Assembly (NCBI GenBank): GCA_963668695.2
Contig: CAXXLQ010000004.1
Location: 2,048,001 to 2,112,000, forward strand
Length of the DNA stretch: 64,000 nt
Source of the DNA: Vicinamibacteria bacterium
GTDB lineage: Bacteria > Acidobacteriota > Vicinamibacteria > Marinacidobacterales > Marinacidobacteraceae
Reading direction: 5' to 3'
This document shows, piece by piece, positions 9,572 through 19,006 of the stretch. The position numbers and the translations under genes are program-made. Below the pieces are notes generated by a model. That model was not told the DNA's origin. It did no database searches and saw only the letters and a list, made by a program, of their open reading frames with translations. Positions within the stretch are counted from its first letter, which is position 1; every line of letters begins with the position of its first letter.

Positions 9572-10855
9572 TCAGTCGGTAGGAACGAACTGCGGCGTCG
9601 AGGTCACCGGAATCCCTCCGTAGCGTCCAGTCAGATAGCCGCGCTCCAAGGCTTCCCGCCTCCGAGGGTGGAAGTGGGAGAGCGGAGTGAGGTTTGCGGC
9701 CTCACTTGGTCGTTCCTTGTCGGTCAGCCAGATCTGGCCGCGGTCCAGCGCTCCGCCAAGGAGAGTAGTGTCGTGCAGAGTGGCAATCAGCTGACCCCGC
9801 CTGCTGCTGTCGCTTCCACTGTTGAGACGTCGCAGGAGCGCTTCCACGAGCAGCGGATGGAGGCTGTGGTCAAGCTCGTCTACTACTAGAACCCGATCGT
9901 TATCGAGGATGTCGAGAAGCGGCCATGCCAACGCAAAGAGTCGTTGGGTGCCGTCCGATTCTTGTTCCAGATCCAGGAACTGAAGATCGCTACTTCCGTC
10001 GACTGCGTGGCCGAGTTGCGTCTGGAAAGACTCCACAGAATCCGCACCTGTCTTTGACAACTCCTTGAGGATGCTGGGCGGCACACTTTCCCTCATTGAT
10101 TCGAGGCTTGTCTTCTCTCTCCTGACTGACACATCGGCCGCCGTGATGTCGGCGGCCCGCAACAGCTCCAGTACACGCCGCTTTTTCGTTTCGTCGGCGA
10201 GGACTGCCTCGGGCGTGTAGGTGTCCGACAAATAGTCGGGTCCGATACCCGCCAACCGCTTCCGAAACCACTCGACTACCGGAGTGAAGATGTCGCTGTT
10301 GAGTTGGGCAGCAACGGACACAAGCAGGGCGTTCTGGCGGGTGCTGCGCCGCCAGACTTCCTTGGGACCCGACACCGAGTGGCCGAAGGTCCACTCGTAG
10401 CTCTGGTTCCCCACATCCCAGCGCCGCTCCAACAGCAAGCGCTTCCGGCCATCCGGGGGCCAGACCAGGAGAGACTCGGAGCGAACCCGCTCCCGGTCGA
10501 GGGAGAACGTGTACTCGTAGCAAGAGCCGTCCTCAATGAAGCTGACTTCGAAGATCGTTGGGCGTGTCCGGGTCTCGGTGTCGAAGAGGAACGGCGTATA
10601 CGGAATTTCCTCGCCGGCTTGGGTGCTGGTTGCCGATTTGACCACGAAGCTCTTGGCAAACATCAGCCCCAGGAGCAAGCGAGACTTGCCACTGCCGTTG
10701 GGGCCGTAGATCGCCGTCACCCGGTTCAGCCGGGGTGCCCTCCGGGAGCCGCTGTCGAATGCGTGTAGATCACTTGCCCGCGTTACGGCTTGGACACTCA
10801 GCTCGTGCCGTTCCCGAAAGCATGCATAGTTCGTCAATGCGAAGGCGACTAACAT
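9572..10855 (-). CDS. ABC-type ATPase, AAA_21 / RloA-like
   Basis: Walker A GPNGSGKS, ESDGT signature, Walker B VVDELDHSLHP, ATLH, YLTGRYGGIP; AGGAGG before ATG 10855; lower GC than flanks. Confidence 0.88.
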   Translation of the reverse strand: MLVAFALTNYACFRERHELSVQAVTRASDLHAFDSGSRRAPRLNRVTAIYGPNGSGKSRLLLGLMFAKSFVVKSATSTQAGEEIPYTPFLFDTETRTRPTIFEVSFIEDGSCYEYTFSLDRERVRSESLLVWPPDGRKRLLLERRWDVGNQSYEWTFGHSVSGPKEVWRRSTRQNALLVSVAAQLNSDIFTPVVEWFRKRLAGIGPDYLSDTYTPEAVLADETKKRRVLELLRAADITAADVSVRREKTSLESMRESVPPSILKELSKTGADSVESFQTQLGHAVDGSSDLQFLDLEQESDGTQRLFALAWPLLDILDNDRVLVVDELDHSLHPLLVEALLRRLNSGSDSSRRGQLIATLHDTTLLGGALDRGQIWLTDKERPSEAANLTPLSHFHPRRREALERGYLTGRYGGIPVTSTPQFVPTD

Positions 10856-11086
10856 GGCTTGCCTCCTGGGATAACGGCCATATTTTACTGATTGTTGACG
10901 ATTTCTACAAGAAAATCTATCTTGTTTCGGCAGATCACGCGTTTGGCGTTCGATTGGGGGTCGCGGCCGCAACCCTCATCCGTCCGTCGTCGCCGGGTAT
11001 CGCTGTGGTGGTCCGCGCCGGCGCATTGGCGCGAACCATCGCGACTTGTCCCAGTGCCGCCAGTGGATATTCGGCGCGCGTCCCGC

Positions 11087-11763
11087 TCAGGCTGTGGCTC
11101 CCGCCCGCGCCCGCAGGAAACTGTCCCAGTCATCCACGTCCAGGAGTTCCTGCTTCGTTGCCGGGACGACCACGAGATCCTGTCGGTGTCTTGAGAGGAC
11201 GCGCCCGGCGCCCCGGTCCCGGCCTCCGTCTTCGATCGCGCGGGTCCCCGAAAGTTCGAGCACCTCGGGAAAAAGGCGCCTTCGGAGCACCACCGGCAGG
11301 CCCCAGGTTCCCGTCCGCTGCATAGCCGAAGTGGCCGGTACGGCCGCGGCGGGGGGGTGCCGGGGCTCGGCCGCGGCGGCGACCAGCCTGCGAATGAGGG
11401 TGGCGGAAAGGAAGGGTTGGTCCAGCGGGGCAACCACCGCCCAGAAGACGTGCCGCTCGGCGGCCAGCGCCCGGATTCCGACCTGGAGCGACGAGAGCAT
11501 GCCCCGCTGGTAGGCAGGGTTTGGGACGGCGCGCACCGCGAGTCCCCGGAGCTCAGGGGCGATCTCCCGATGGGCGTGGCCGAGCACGGCGATCACCGGG
11601 TCGAGACCGGCGGCGATGAGCGTCTCCGCGGCGGCGCGGATCAGGGTCCGGCCGGAGCCGTCCGGGTGGGGGAGGAGGGCCTTGGTGCGGCGCATCCGCT
11701 TCGACTCGCCGGCGGCGAGGAGGATCCCGGCGGCTGCCGCGGGACGTTCCGCGGTCGTCGCCA
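11087..11763 (-). CDS. mocA: Molybdenum cofactor cytidylyltransferase (MocA-like nucleotidyltransferase)
   Basis: GILLAAGESKRM (upstream of the listed ATG 11695), NPAYQRGMLSSL, DQP, DVDD; start uncertain, in-frame CTG used. Confidence 0.7.
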
Positions 11764-12019
11764 GCGGGTCGGTCGGGGGAATGGCGGAGGGTCCTGAGAG
11801 GTAGGGGAGGGGAGCAGCGAGTGTATTGCGGTCCTCACGAGAATCGGAGGAGCTTCGCGGTAGGCTGGAAACCCGTGAGACATCAGTTTCTTCTCCTTCC
11901 TCGTCTCCTGCGGAGAAGAGGGCGTCTCAGGCACGCCTACCGTCCCGCTGGCGCCGCCGCGGTTTCGCCCGCGTTCCGCGGGCGGTGCCAGTCTGAAGAC
12001 TGGCGTTCCCGGGCGTGCC

Positions 12020-12434
12020 GTCTTTCGGTGGGTTGGCGTATCGCTCAACGCGAAAAAAACTGATGGCAGCGAACTTGTTCGCTGCCCGCCTGACCGGGGG
12101 GAAAGTGTGAAAGGGGGGTACCCCCCCCTTTTCACAAAAAGGTAACGACCAATCGGAACTCGCCGCCGCGCGCCTTCGGCGCGCAAGGGAGTTTCGATTG
12201 CCGGCGCGAAGCGCCGGGCGGTTCGGAAGGGGGGCCACCTTTGATCAGGCTAGGCGACCAGCCATCAAACCGACCAAGCGCCCCCCTTCCGGAACGCTCG
12301 ACGACGGGGAAAGCGTGAAAGGGGGAACTCCCCCTTTCGCAAAAAAGGCAACTACGAATCGGAACTCGCCGCAGTGCGCCTACGGCGCACAAGGGAGTTT
12401 CGATTCCGGCGCGAAGCGCCGGGCGGTTCGGGAA
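12020..12434 (+). repeat. Family C repeats: one full and one 5'-truncated copy
   Basis: Similarity to 2446-2606 at about 12064-12228 and 12307-12434. Confidence 0.8.
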
Positions 12435-12521
12435 CGGGGCGTTCACCCCACACCGAGCAGACGGTGCAAGACCAAAGGTCCGATTGGGGAGTGAACGCCC
12501 CGTTCCCGGACCGCTCCGGAC

Positions 12522-13169
12522 TTAGTGTTCGCCTTCGCCGTCGACGACGAACCCGAGGGTGAGGCCGCCCTCCCAGGGGTAGCCGAGCGCCCAGGCGCCG
12601 GCGTCGTCCTGAAAGACGGTCGGCTCGCTGATGCCGTCCCAGTTCGGGGCGAGGCTCATCACCGCCGGGTGGCCGATGCCGGTGGCGGCGAAGCTCATGA
12701 TGTTCAGGTCGTCCTGTCCCCACTCGACGTCAACGGTCATGTCCTCGACCACCGGAACGAGCAGCACGTAGTCGAGGTGGACGGAAACGCCCATGTGGTT
12801 CCCGTCCTCCGGGCGATTCCCGTAGCGCATGGTGAAGACGCCGGGCTCGATCGGATTCCCCTTGTAGTCGGACCAGGGGCCGTCGATCCGGACCACCCCG
12901 ACCAGGGTCCCCACCTTCAGGTCGGGGAAGGTGGCTCCCGGATTCGTCCCGCCCCCACCGGGGGCCTCGGTCCGTAGCCAGAAGTCGAGGTTCACTCCCG
13001 AGCCGAGCGTCGTCCGGACGCCTTCGGCTCCTACCACCGCCCGGATCTCGTCGGAGACGCCCTCCGGAGGGGCGCCGTCGGCCGCCGCCAGGGTCGGCTG
13101 ATCGCTTGCGAGTGCGAGGCCGGCAGCGAGTACCCCCGCGGGCAGCAGATAGGCGAAACGCAAAGGCAC
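12522..13169 (-). CDS. Secreted hypothetical protein
   Basis: Signal peptide from GTG 13169; globular region GVFTMRYGNRPEDGNHMGV, GHPAVMSL; the upstream extension of the listed ORF is MITE sequence. Confidence 0.7.
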   Translation of the reverse strand: MPLRFAYLLPAGVLAAGLALASDQPTLAAADGAPPEGVSDEIRAVVGAEGVRTTLGSGVNLDFWLRTEAPGGGGTNPGATFPDLKVGTLVGVVRIDGPWSDYKGNPIEPGVFTMRYGNRPEDGNHMGVSVHLDYVLLVPVVEDMTVDVEWGQDDLNIMSFAATGIGHPAVMSLAPNWDGISEPTVFQDDAGAWALGYPWEGGLTLGFVVDGEGEH

Positions 13170-13189
13170 GTACACCGGGCGACGCGCTA

Positions 13190-13606
13190 GCAGTCGGTGG
13201 GCGAAGTCGCGTGAGCGCCGAGAGCGGCGAGGCGTCCGGCTGACAAGGCGCGCGAGGGAGGAGCCCCCACCGGGAGAACTGGCCCGCGTGTATTGCGACC
13301 GAAGCGCAACGATGAGCGACGCGAAGCAGAGCGGTGAACAGTCAGTGGTGGAACCCGCGTGAGCGCCGAGGCTGGCGAGGCCCAGTTCTCCCGGTGGGGC
13401 CAGTTCTCCCGGTGGGGGCCCGGCTGACAAGGCGCGTGAGGGAGGAATACCTGGTGTCTTTCGACCGAAACGCAACGATGAGCGGCGCGCAGCGACGCGG
13501 TCAGCCGGGATGGATCGCCAGCCGAACGCCGCGCGGGTTTCATTACTGGCTGTTTGGCCGGAATGAATCGCCGCTCGAACGCCGCGTGAGTTGGTTCACC
13601 GGCTGC
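13190..13606. mobile_element. Family A MITE, compound copy
   Basis: TA-gcagtcggtgg...caccggctgc-TA; the empty target would be the palindrome gacgcgcTAgcgcgtc. Confidence 0.8.
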
Positions 13607-13614
13607 TAGCGCGT

Positions 13615-14304
13615 CTAGCGAACGAAGGTGCCGAGGAAGGCGCTCCGCTTGAGCGGGCAACTCCACGTGGTGTTGAAGTCGTCGCCCCGGAACGAGTGGG
13701 CCTCGGTGTAGGCCGGCATCGCGTCCGCGATCTCGGTCAGCGGCGGGTAGTACACGAACTCGCTGCCGCAGAGGTGATCCTTGTGGGTGAGCGCCCGGGT
13801 GCGGAGCTCCACCAACTCGCCGGCCGTCAGCGAGGCGTGCCCCGGCCGGCTGTCGAAGTCCGCGGCCACCGGAGCGTCGTGAATGTTCAGGACGTTCTCG
13901 AGCAGTTCGCCGCCCATGTCGTGGGCAAGCTGGATGAGCGCGGCTCGCTGGTCGGCGTTCGCGTTCTCGTCCACGATCAGCACCGACTTGGCCGGATAGG
14001 GGTTGGCATGCGGATCGCCCAGCGTGGCCTGCGCCTTCACCACCGCGACTACCGAGAGCCCGGACAGATCGACGCCCTCGTACGTCCCGTCGGAGACGTT
14101 CCAGGCCAGCACGGCTTCCTGTCCGTCCAGCCCGACTTCGCTGTTCGCGAAGCAGTGACCGGCGTACACGTCTGCGGTGCGGGCCTCGAGGTAGAGCCCC
14201 TCAAGTGTGGCGTCCGACTCGCCGGGACCACCAGGTCCACCGGCGAAAGCCGTCGCGCCCATCGCGAGGAGGGCGGCTGCCAGCAGGAAACGCGAAATCT
14301 TCAT
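13615..14304 (-). CDS. Secreted DUF1326-like protein
   Basis: Signal peptide; YLEARTADVYAGHCFANSE, HLCGSEFVYYPPL; GGAGG ribosome-binding site. Confidence 0.7.
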   Translation of the reverse strand: MKISRFLLAAALLAMGATAFAGGPGGPGESDATLEGLYLEARTADVYAGHCFANSEVGLDGQEAVLAWNVSDGTYEGVDLSGLSVVAVVKAQATLGDPHANPYPAKSVLIVDENANADQRAALIQLAHDMGGELLENVLNIHDAPVAADFDSRPGHASLTAGELVELRTRALTHKDHLCGSEFVYYPPLTEIADAMPAYTEAHSFRGDDFNTTWSCPLKRSAFLGTFVR

Positions 14305-14499
14305 GACACTTCCTCCATCGGGAAACCGCCGCTCGGGGCGGTCAGCCGAATGTCGCAGTTTAACAGCCGCAGGTTGCCCACCGTACGCGGCTGGCCCAGG
14401 CTCAGCAGGCTGTGCTGAAACCCAGGCGGCGTCCGTCCGCGACGCGGCAGGTTGCCCACCGCACGCGCGTGCCGCGGGCTTAACAGGCTGTGCTGAAAC

Positions 14500-14950
14500 G
14501 TCAGGCGGCGTCCGTCCGCGGCGCGGCGCGGCGCGCCGCGGGGGAGGGGTGTGGGGAGGGGTTTCCCCTCTCCACGAAAAAGGATGGCGCGGATCGCGAA
14601 GCGATCCGCGCCATCACCCCGTGGGGGAAGCGCCTGGAGGACGCACGCGGAAGCGCCTTCGGCGCGATTCTCGCCGGGGAAATAGTGCGGGGTCCTTTCC
14701 CAAGGGCTGGCGGGGTGCTTTCCCCACGGGCTGTCCGCGGCGCGGAGCGCCGCGGGGGAGGGGTGTGGGGAGGGGTTTCCCCTCCCCGCGAAAGAAGGAT
14801 GGCGCGGATCGCGAAGCGATCCGCGCCATCACCCCGTGGGGGAAGCGCCCCGCACGCGGAACAACTGGCGCCTTCGGCGCGATTCGTCAGGGAAATAGTG
14901 CGGGGTGTTTTCCCCACGGGGTGATGGCGGGGTGCTTTCCCCACGGGCGG
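14500..14950 (+). repeat. Family D repeat, two tandem copies
   Basis: ggggtgtggggaggggtttcccctc and the gatggcgcggatcgc-gaa-gcgatccgcgccatc hairpin each occur twice. Confidence 0.75.
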
Positions 14951-15211
14951 TCAGTACGCTGATTCGAAGCAGCTCCGTCCGGACCCCGCCGTGCATTGGT
15001 CGCGGTCGGCCACCCGGCCGTCGGGGCCAAGGCAGTTCTGGGTGTGGGTGCACCAGAAATAGCCGTCGCCGGGTATGCCGCCCGGGACGCTCGGGTCGTA
15101 CTCCACGTCCATGTACATCGCCTTGGAGCGAAGACGGTGGCAGAGCGAGAAGGCGGCGCGTCCGGAGGCTCCCGGAATGGCGCTTTTCGGAACGGTTGTT
15201 TTGGTGGCCAT
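14951..15211 (-). CDS. Small cysteine-rich protein in the molybdoenzyme operon
   Basis: 86 aa with 5 Cys (LCHRLRSK, YFWCTHTQNCLGPD, C..C); starts 11 nt after the FAD subunit stop. Confidence 0.7.
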   Translation of the reverse strand: MATKTTVPKSAIPGASGRAAFSLCHRLRSKAMYMDVEYDPSVPGGIPGDGYFWCTHTQNCLGPDGRVADRDQCTAGSGRSCFESAY

Positions 15212-15222
15212 CGTCTATCCCC

Positions 15223-16167
15223 TCACATGGCGGCGAGCGCGGCGCGCTTCACCGCGACCCGCGCGAGCTGGATCTTGTAGGCGTTTCCGGAGAGCGCGGC
15301 GGCGTCCGCCACTGCGGCGTCACCCGCCGCCTGGGCGCTGGCCTCGCTGATGCCGCCGGCGAGCGCGCCGGCGGCGGCGACGCTCATCCACGGGGTCGGG
15401 GCGACGTGTCCGAGCACCACCCGGGTGCCCCCGTCGCCCATCGCTACCGAGGCGGTGGCGAGCGGCCAATCGAAGCCCTTCCGGTTTCGCACATCGTAGG
15501 TGGCGTTCTTGCTCGCCCGCATCGGGATGGTGACCCCGGTGACGATCTCGGCGGCGCCCAGCGTGAACTCGCTCTCGTCGCTCGACATCGGCGTGCGATA
15601 GAGATCCTCCAGCGCGATGGTGCGCTCGCCGTCCGGACCCAGGATGGTCGCCGACGCGCCGAGCGCGATCAGCGGCGGCGCGAGGCTCGACGGGTTCACG
15701 AAGACCGCCGCCCCCGAGTTCCCGAAGATCGCGTGGTAGCGGTTGTCGCCCGTCTTCGCCATGGACTCGCCGTCGTGCATCGGGACGAGCCCGAAACCGG
15801 CCCGGAAGTACCAGCAGCGGGGCCGCTGGCAGAGGTCGCCGCCGACCGTCCGCATCGACAGGACCTGCCGGCTGCGGACCCCGGCGATCGCCTGGGCGAG
15901 CGCGGGAAACGACTCGCGGATCGCGCGGTGCTCGCCCAGCGGCCCGAGGCGGGTCGTGGCGCCGATGTGGAGCCCGTCGCCGGTCTCGTGAGCCCCGGTG
16001 AGATCCTGGATCGCCTTCAGGTTGACGAGGCGCGACGGCGCCGCCGCCCCGTCCTTCATCAGGCTCAGCAGGTCGGTGCCGCCGGCGAGCGCCACGGCGC
16101 CCTCGGCGGACAGCATCCGGATCGCGTCTTCGGCGGTCCGGGGACTCGTGTATTCGAAGGCGCGCAT
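15223..16167 (-). CDS. Xanthine dehydrogenase family FAD-binding subunit (PaoB/CoxM-like)
   Basis: AGGTDL, TVGGDLCQRPRCWYFR, GHVAPTPW, NAYKI. Confidence 0.9.
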   Translation of the reverse strand: MRAFEYTSPRTAEDAIRMLSAEGAVALAGGTDLLSLMKDGAAAPSRLVNLKAIQDLTGAHETGDGLHIGATTRLGPLGEHRAIRESFPALAQAIAGVRSRQVLSMRTVGGDLCQRPRCWYFRAGFGLVPMHDGESMAKTGDNRYHAIFGNSGAAVFVNPSSLAPPLIALGASATILGPDGERTIALEDLYRTPMSSDESEFTLGAAEIVTGVTIPMRASKNATYDVRNRKGFDWPLATASVAMGDGGTRVVLGHVAPTPWMSVAAAGALAGGISEASAQAAGDAAVADAAALSGNAYKIQLARVAVKRAALAAM

Positions 16168-18293
16168 CAGGCCATTCCTCCACCGTTGATTGCGGCGAGC
16201 ACCCGGTCGGGGGTCATCGGCAGCTCGTTGATCGGGACTCCGGCAGCGTTGCTCGCCGCGTTGGCGATCGCCGCTCCCGGCGCGATGACCGGCGGCTCAC
16301 CGAGGCCGATCACGCCCCGTTCGTCGTAGCCGGGTCCGGTCATCATGTGGACGATCATCTCGCCCACGTCCTCGATTCCGGCGAGCTTGTAGAACTCCAT
16401 GTCGGCATTCAGCATCAGGCCGGTGTGCGGATCGAAGATCCGTTCTTCGGTGAGCGCGTAGGTGACGCCCATGATGAGCGCTCCGTACACCTGGCTCTCC
16501 GCGGTCTTCAGGTCGAGGACCAGCCCGCAGTCCTGGACCGCCACCAGCCGGTTGATGGAGACCACGCCGGTCTCCATGTCCACGCTGACGTCGGCCATCT
16601 GGACGCCGCACACCCCGCTGTCGTTCAGTTGACCCGGGCCGGGGTTGGCGCCGGCGGCGGACACCGGGTTCACCCCGATGAGGGTCGCGGCCTGCCGCCA
16701 GGGCATCGCTGCCATGGAGCCGTCCTGGAAGTGGAGCTGGCCCTCCTTGAGTTGAAGGTTCGCGGCCTCGGTCCCGAGCCGGGGTGCGATCCGCTCGAAC
16801 ACCGCATCCACGGCGTTGAGCGCCGCCCGGCGGGTGGAGCCGCTGACCCCTCCCACCGTGGTGCTGCCTCCCGAGGCGCCGGAGGCCGGGAGCACGCTCC
16901 GCCCCATGGTCACCTTGACCTGGTCGATCCCGACGCCGAAGGTCTCGGCGAGCACCAGGGCGATCACCGTGCGGGTTCCGGTGCCGAGGTCCTGACTCCC
17001 GATGCGGGCTTCGACCAGCCCGTCGCGGTAGGCGAGCACCTCGCAGTTGCTCCGGTGGCCGCGTCCGCCCCAGGTGTGGAGCGCGAGGCCGAGTCCGGAA
17101 CGCACCGTCCCGGTGGCCGAACCACGCGGGCGCCAGCGATCGCGCCAGCCCATCAGTTCGGCGGCTTTTTCGAGCTCCTCGGAGTAGACGCCGGACCGCT
17201 CGCCGGTCTTGTCGATGTTCTTCAGGAACATCGCGAGCGGGTCCATTCCCGCCGCGTGGGCGAGGTCCTCGAGCGCCCGCATCGTGACGAAGCACGCCTG
17301 CGGGTGGTTCGGCGCGCGCCAGGCCCGCGCCGGCCCGGTGTTGGTGGGCACCGAGGTGTGGGCGTGGGTCTGGTCGGCGAAGCCGAATACGTAGGGAATC
17401 GGCGGCGAGCCGGCGCCCGACGGACCCCCGGACCCCCAACTCTTCGAATCCCAGGCGACCACGTTGCCGTCGGCGTCGGCGGCTGCCGAAATCTCCGCGT
17501 GGGTGGAGGGGCGCGCACCGGCGACGCTGACTTCCTGGTCGCGGTCGAGCATCAGCTTTACCGGACGCCCGGTCATGCGCGCGAGTTCCGCGCAGACCAC
17601 GCCCCAGCGGTCGACGCTGAACTTGCTGCCGAAGCCGCCGCCCATGTACTGGGTCTCGACGTGGACGTTCGAGGCCGGGATGCCGATCGCTTCGCCGAGC
17701 TGCGAAGCCACGCCGGAAATGGCCTGCGTGGAGGCCCAGACCGTCACCGTCTCCTCGTCCTCCCATTCGGCGACCTGGCCGTGGGGTTCGAGGGAGCAGT
17801 GGGCGATCTGGGCCACGTGGTAGGTGCCGTTCGAGCGGGTCGCCGCCGAGGCCATGGCGGCCGCCGGGTCGCCGGTGGTCTCCGCCTGGGCGGGCTGGGC
17901 GTCGGGCGCCTCGTCCACGGCGCGCTCGTTCACGAAGTGCGGCAGCACCTCGTAGTCGACCTTCACCGCGGCCGCGGCGTCGCGCGCCACCTCTTCGGAG
18001 GTGGCCGCCACCGCCACGATCTCGTCGTGGGCCCACTGGATCTCGGTCCCCACGTCCTGAATGACGTGGACCTTGACCACCCCGTCCATCGCCTCGGCGG
18101 CCGACGTGTCGATGCCGGTGATGCGGGCGTGGGCGTGCGGACTCTGGACCATGACCGCCCAGACCATGCCGAGCCGGTTCATGTCGTAGGCGTATTTCGC
18201 CCGTCCGGTCACCTTGACCGGGCCGTCGAGCCGGCTGATGCGTTTGCCGATGTGCAGGCGGTCGCCTGCTGCGGGCCAGGTGTACTCAGCCAT
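16167..18293 (-). CDS. Xanthine dehydrogenase family molybdopterin-binding subunit (PaoC/CoxL-like)
   Basis: KVTGRAKY, MGGGFGSK, AWRAP, QDLGTG, SGGSTT, GLGEPP. Confidence 0.93.
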   Translation of the reverse strand: MAEYTWPAAGDRLHIGKRISRLDGPVKVTGRAKYAYDMNRLGMVWAVMVQSPHAHARITGIDTSAAEAMDGVVKVHVIQDVGTEIQWAHDEIVAVAATSEEVARDAAAAVKVDYEVLPHFVNERAVDEAPDAQPAQAETTGDPAAAMASAATRSNGTYHVAQIAHCSLEPHGQVAEWEDEETVTVWASTQAISGVASQLGEAIGIPASNVHVETQYMGGGFGSKFSVDRWGVVCAELARMTGRPVKLMLDRDQEVSVAGARPSTHAEISAAADADGNVVAWDSKSWGSGGPSGAGSPPIPYVFGFADQTHAHTSVPTNTGPARAWRAPNHPQACFVTMRALEDLAHAAGMDPLAMFLKNIDKTGERSGVYSEELEKAAELMGWRDRWRPRGSATGTVRSGLGLALHTWGGRGHRSNCEVLAYRDGLVEARIGSQDLGTGTRTVIALVLAETFGVGIDQVKVTMGRSVLPASGASGGSTTVGGVSGSTRRAALNAVDAVFERIAPRLGTEAANLQLKEGQLHFQDGSMAAMPWRQAATLIGVNPVSAAGANPGPGQLNDSGVCGVQMADVSVDMETGVVSINRLVAVQDCGLVLDLKTAESQVYGALIMGVTYALTEERIFDPHTGLMLNADMEFYKLAGIEDVGEMIVHMMTGPGYDERGVIGLGEPPVIAPGAAIANAASNAAGVPINELPMTPDRVLAAINGGGMA

Positions 18294-18966
18294 TGGTGGT
18301 TCCTCCTGCGGAGGCCTGGGCCACGGCGGCCCGGATGCCGGCGTAGGTGCCGCAGCGACACAGGTTGCCGCCGAGTTCCCGGTGGATGGTGTCCCGGTCG
18401 GGGTTCGGATGACGGTTCAGAAGCGCCGTGCTGGCGACGATGAAGCCGGGAGTGCAGAAGCCGCACTGCTGCGCGTCGTTGTCCACGAACGCCTGCTGGA
18501 TCGGTTGCATGTTTTCCGGCGATCCGATGCCCTCGATGGTGGTGATGTCCACGCCCTGCGCTTCGATCGCGAGCACCGAGCAGGAATAGACCGGATCCCC
18601 GTTCATGAGCACCGTGCAGGCGCCGCAGGTTCCGCGGTCGCAGACCTTCTTGGCGCCGGTCAGGTCGAGGTGGTTTCGGAGCGCATCGAGCAGCGTGACC
18701 CTGGGTTCCAGGGTGGCTACGCGCGCCTTGCCGTTGATCTTGAAGGCCATGTCCACCGCGCCCGGCCCGGCGATTCCCGGCTCTCCCTGAGCCGCGGCTT
18801 CATCCAGCATGCCGGACAGCAACCCCGCGGAGGCGGCGCCGGCGGCGGCGCTTCCCCGCAGGAACTGGCGGCGGGAGAATCCTCCCGGCGGCGGCGTTCC
18901 GGCCTGCTCGCTGCTCTCTTCGGGGAGCTCCCGGCGAGGCGTTTTCGGGTACCTGGTCTGGGCCAT
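18286..18966 (-). CDS. 2x[2Fe-2S] subunit with Tat signal (PaoA-like)
   Basis: SRRQFL twin-arginine motif; CDRGTCGACTV, QCGFCTPG, NLCRCG. Confidence 0.93.
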   Translation of the reverse strand: MAQTRYPKTPRRELPEESSEQAGTPPPGGFSRRQFLRGSAAAGAASAGLLSGMLDEAAAQGEPGIAGPGAVDMAFKINGKARVATLEPRVTLLDALRNHLDLTGAKKVCDRGTCGACTVLMNGDPVYSCSVLAIEAQGVDITTIEGIGSPENMQPIQQAFVDNDAQQCGFCTPGFIVASTALLNRHPNPDRDTIHRELGGNLCRCGTYAGIRAAVAQASAGGTTNG

Positions 18967-19006
18967 CGAAGTCCCTCCGGATCGAGTTTTCAAGAGGGCG
19001 ACTATA

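Noticed and set aside
10885-11086. Separate small gene between mocA and the RloA-like ATPase
   Set aside because: No motif or coding signal; the listed ORFs are overlaps of neighbouring genes.
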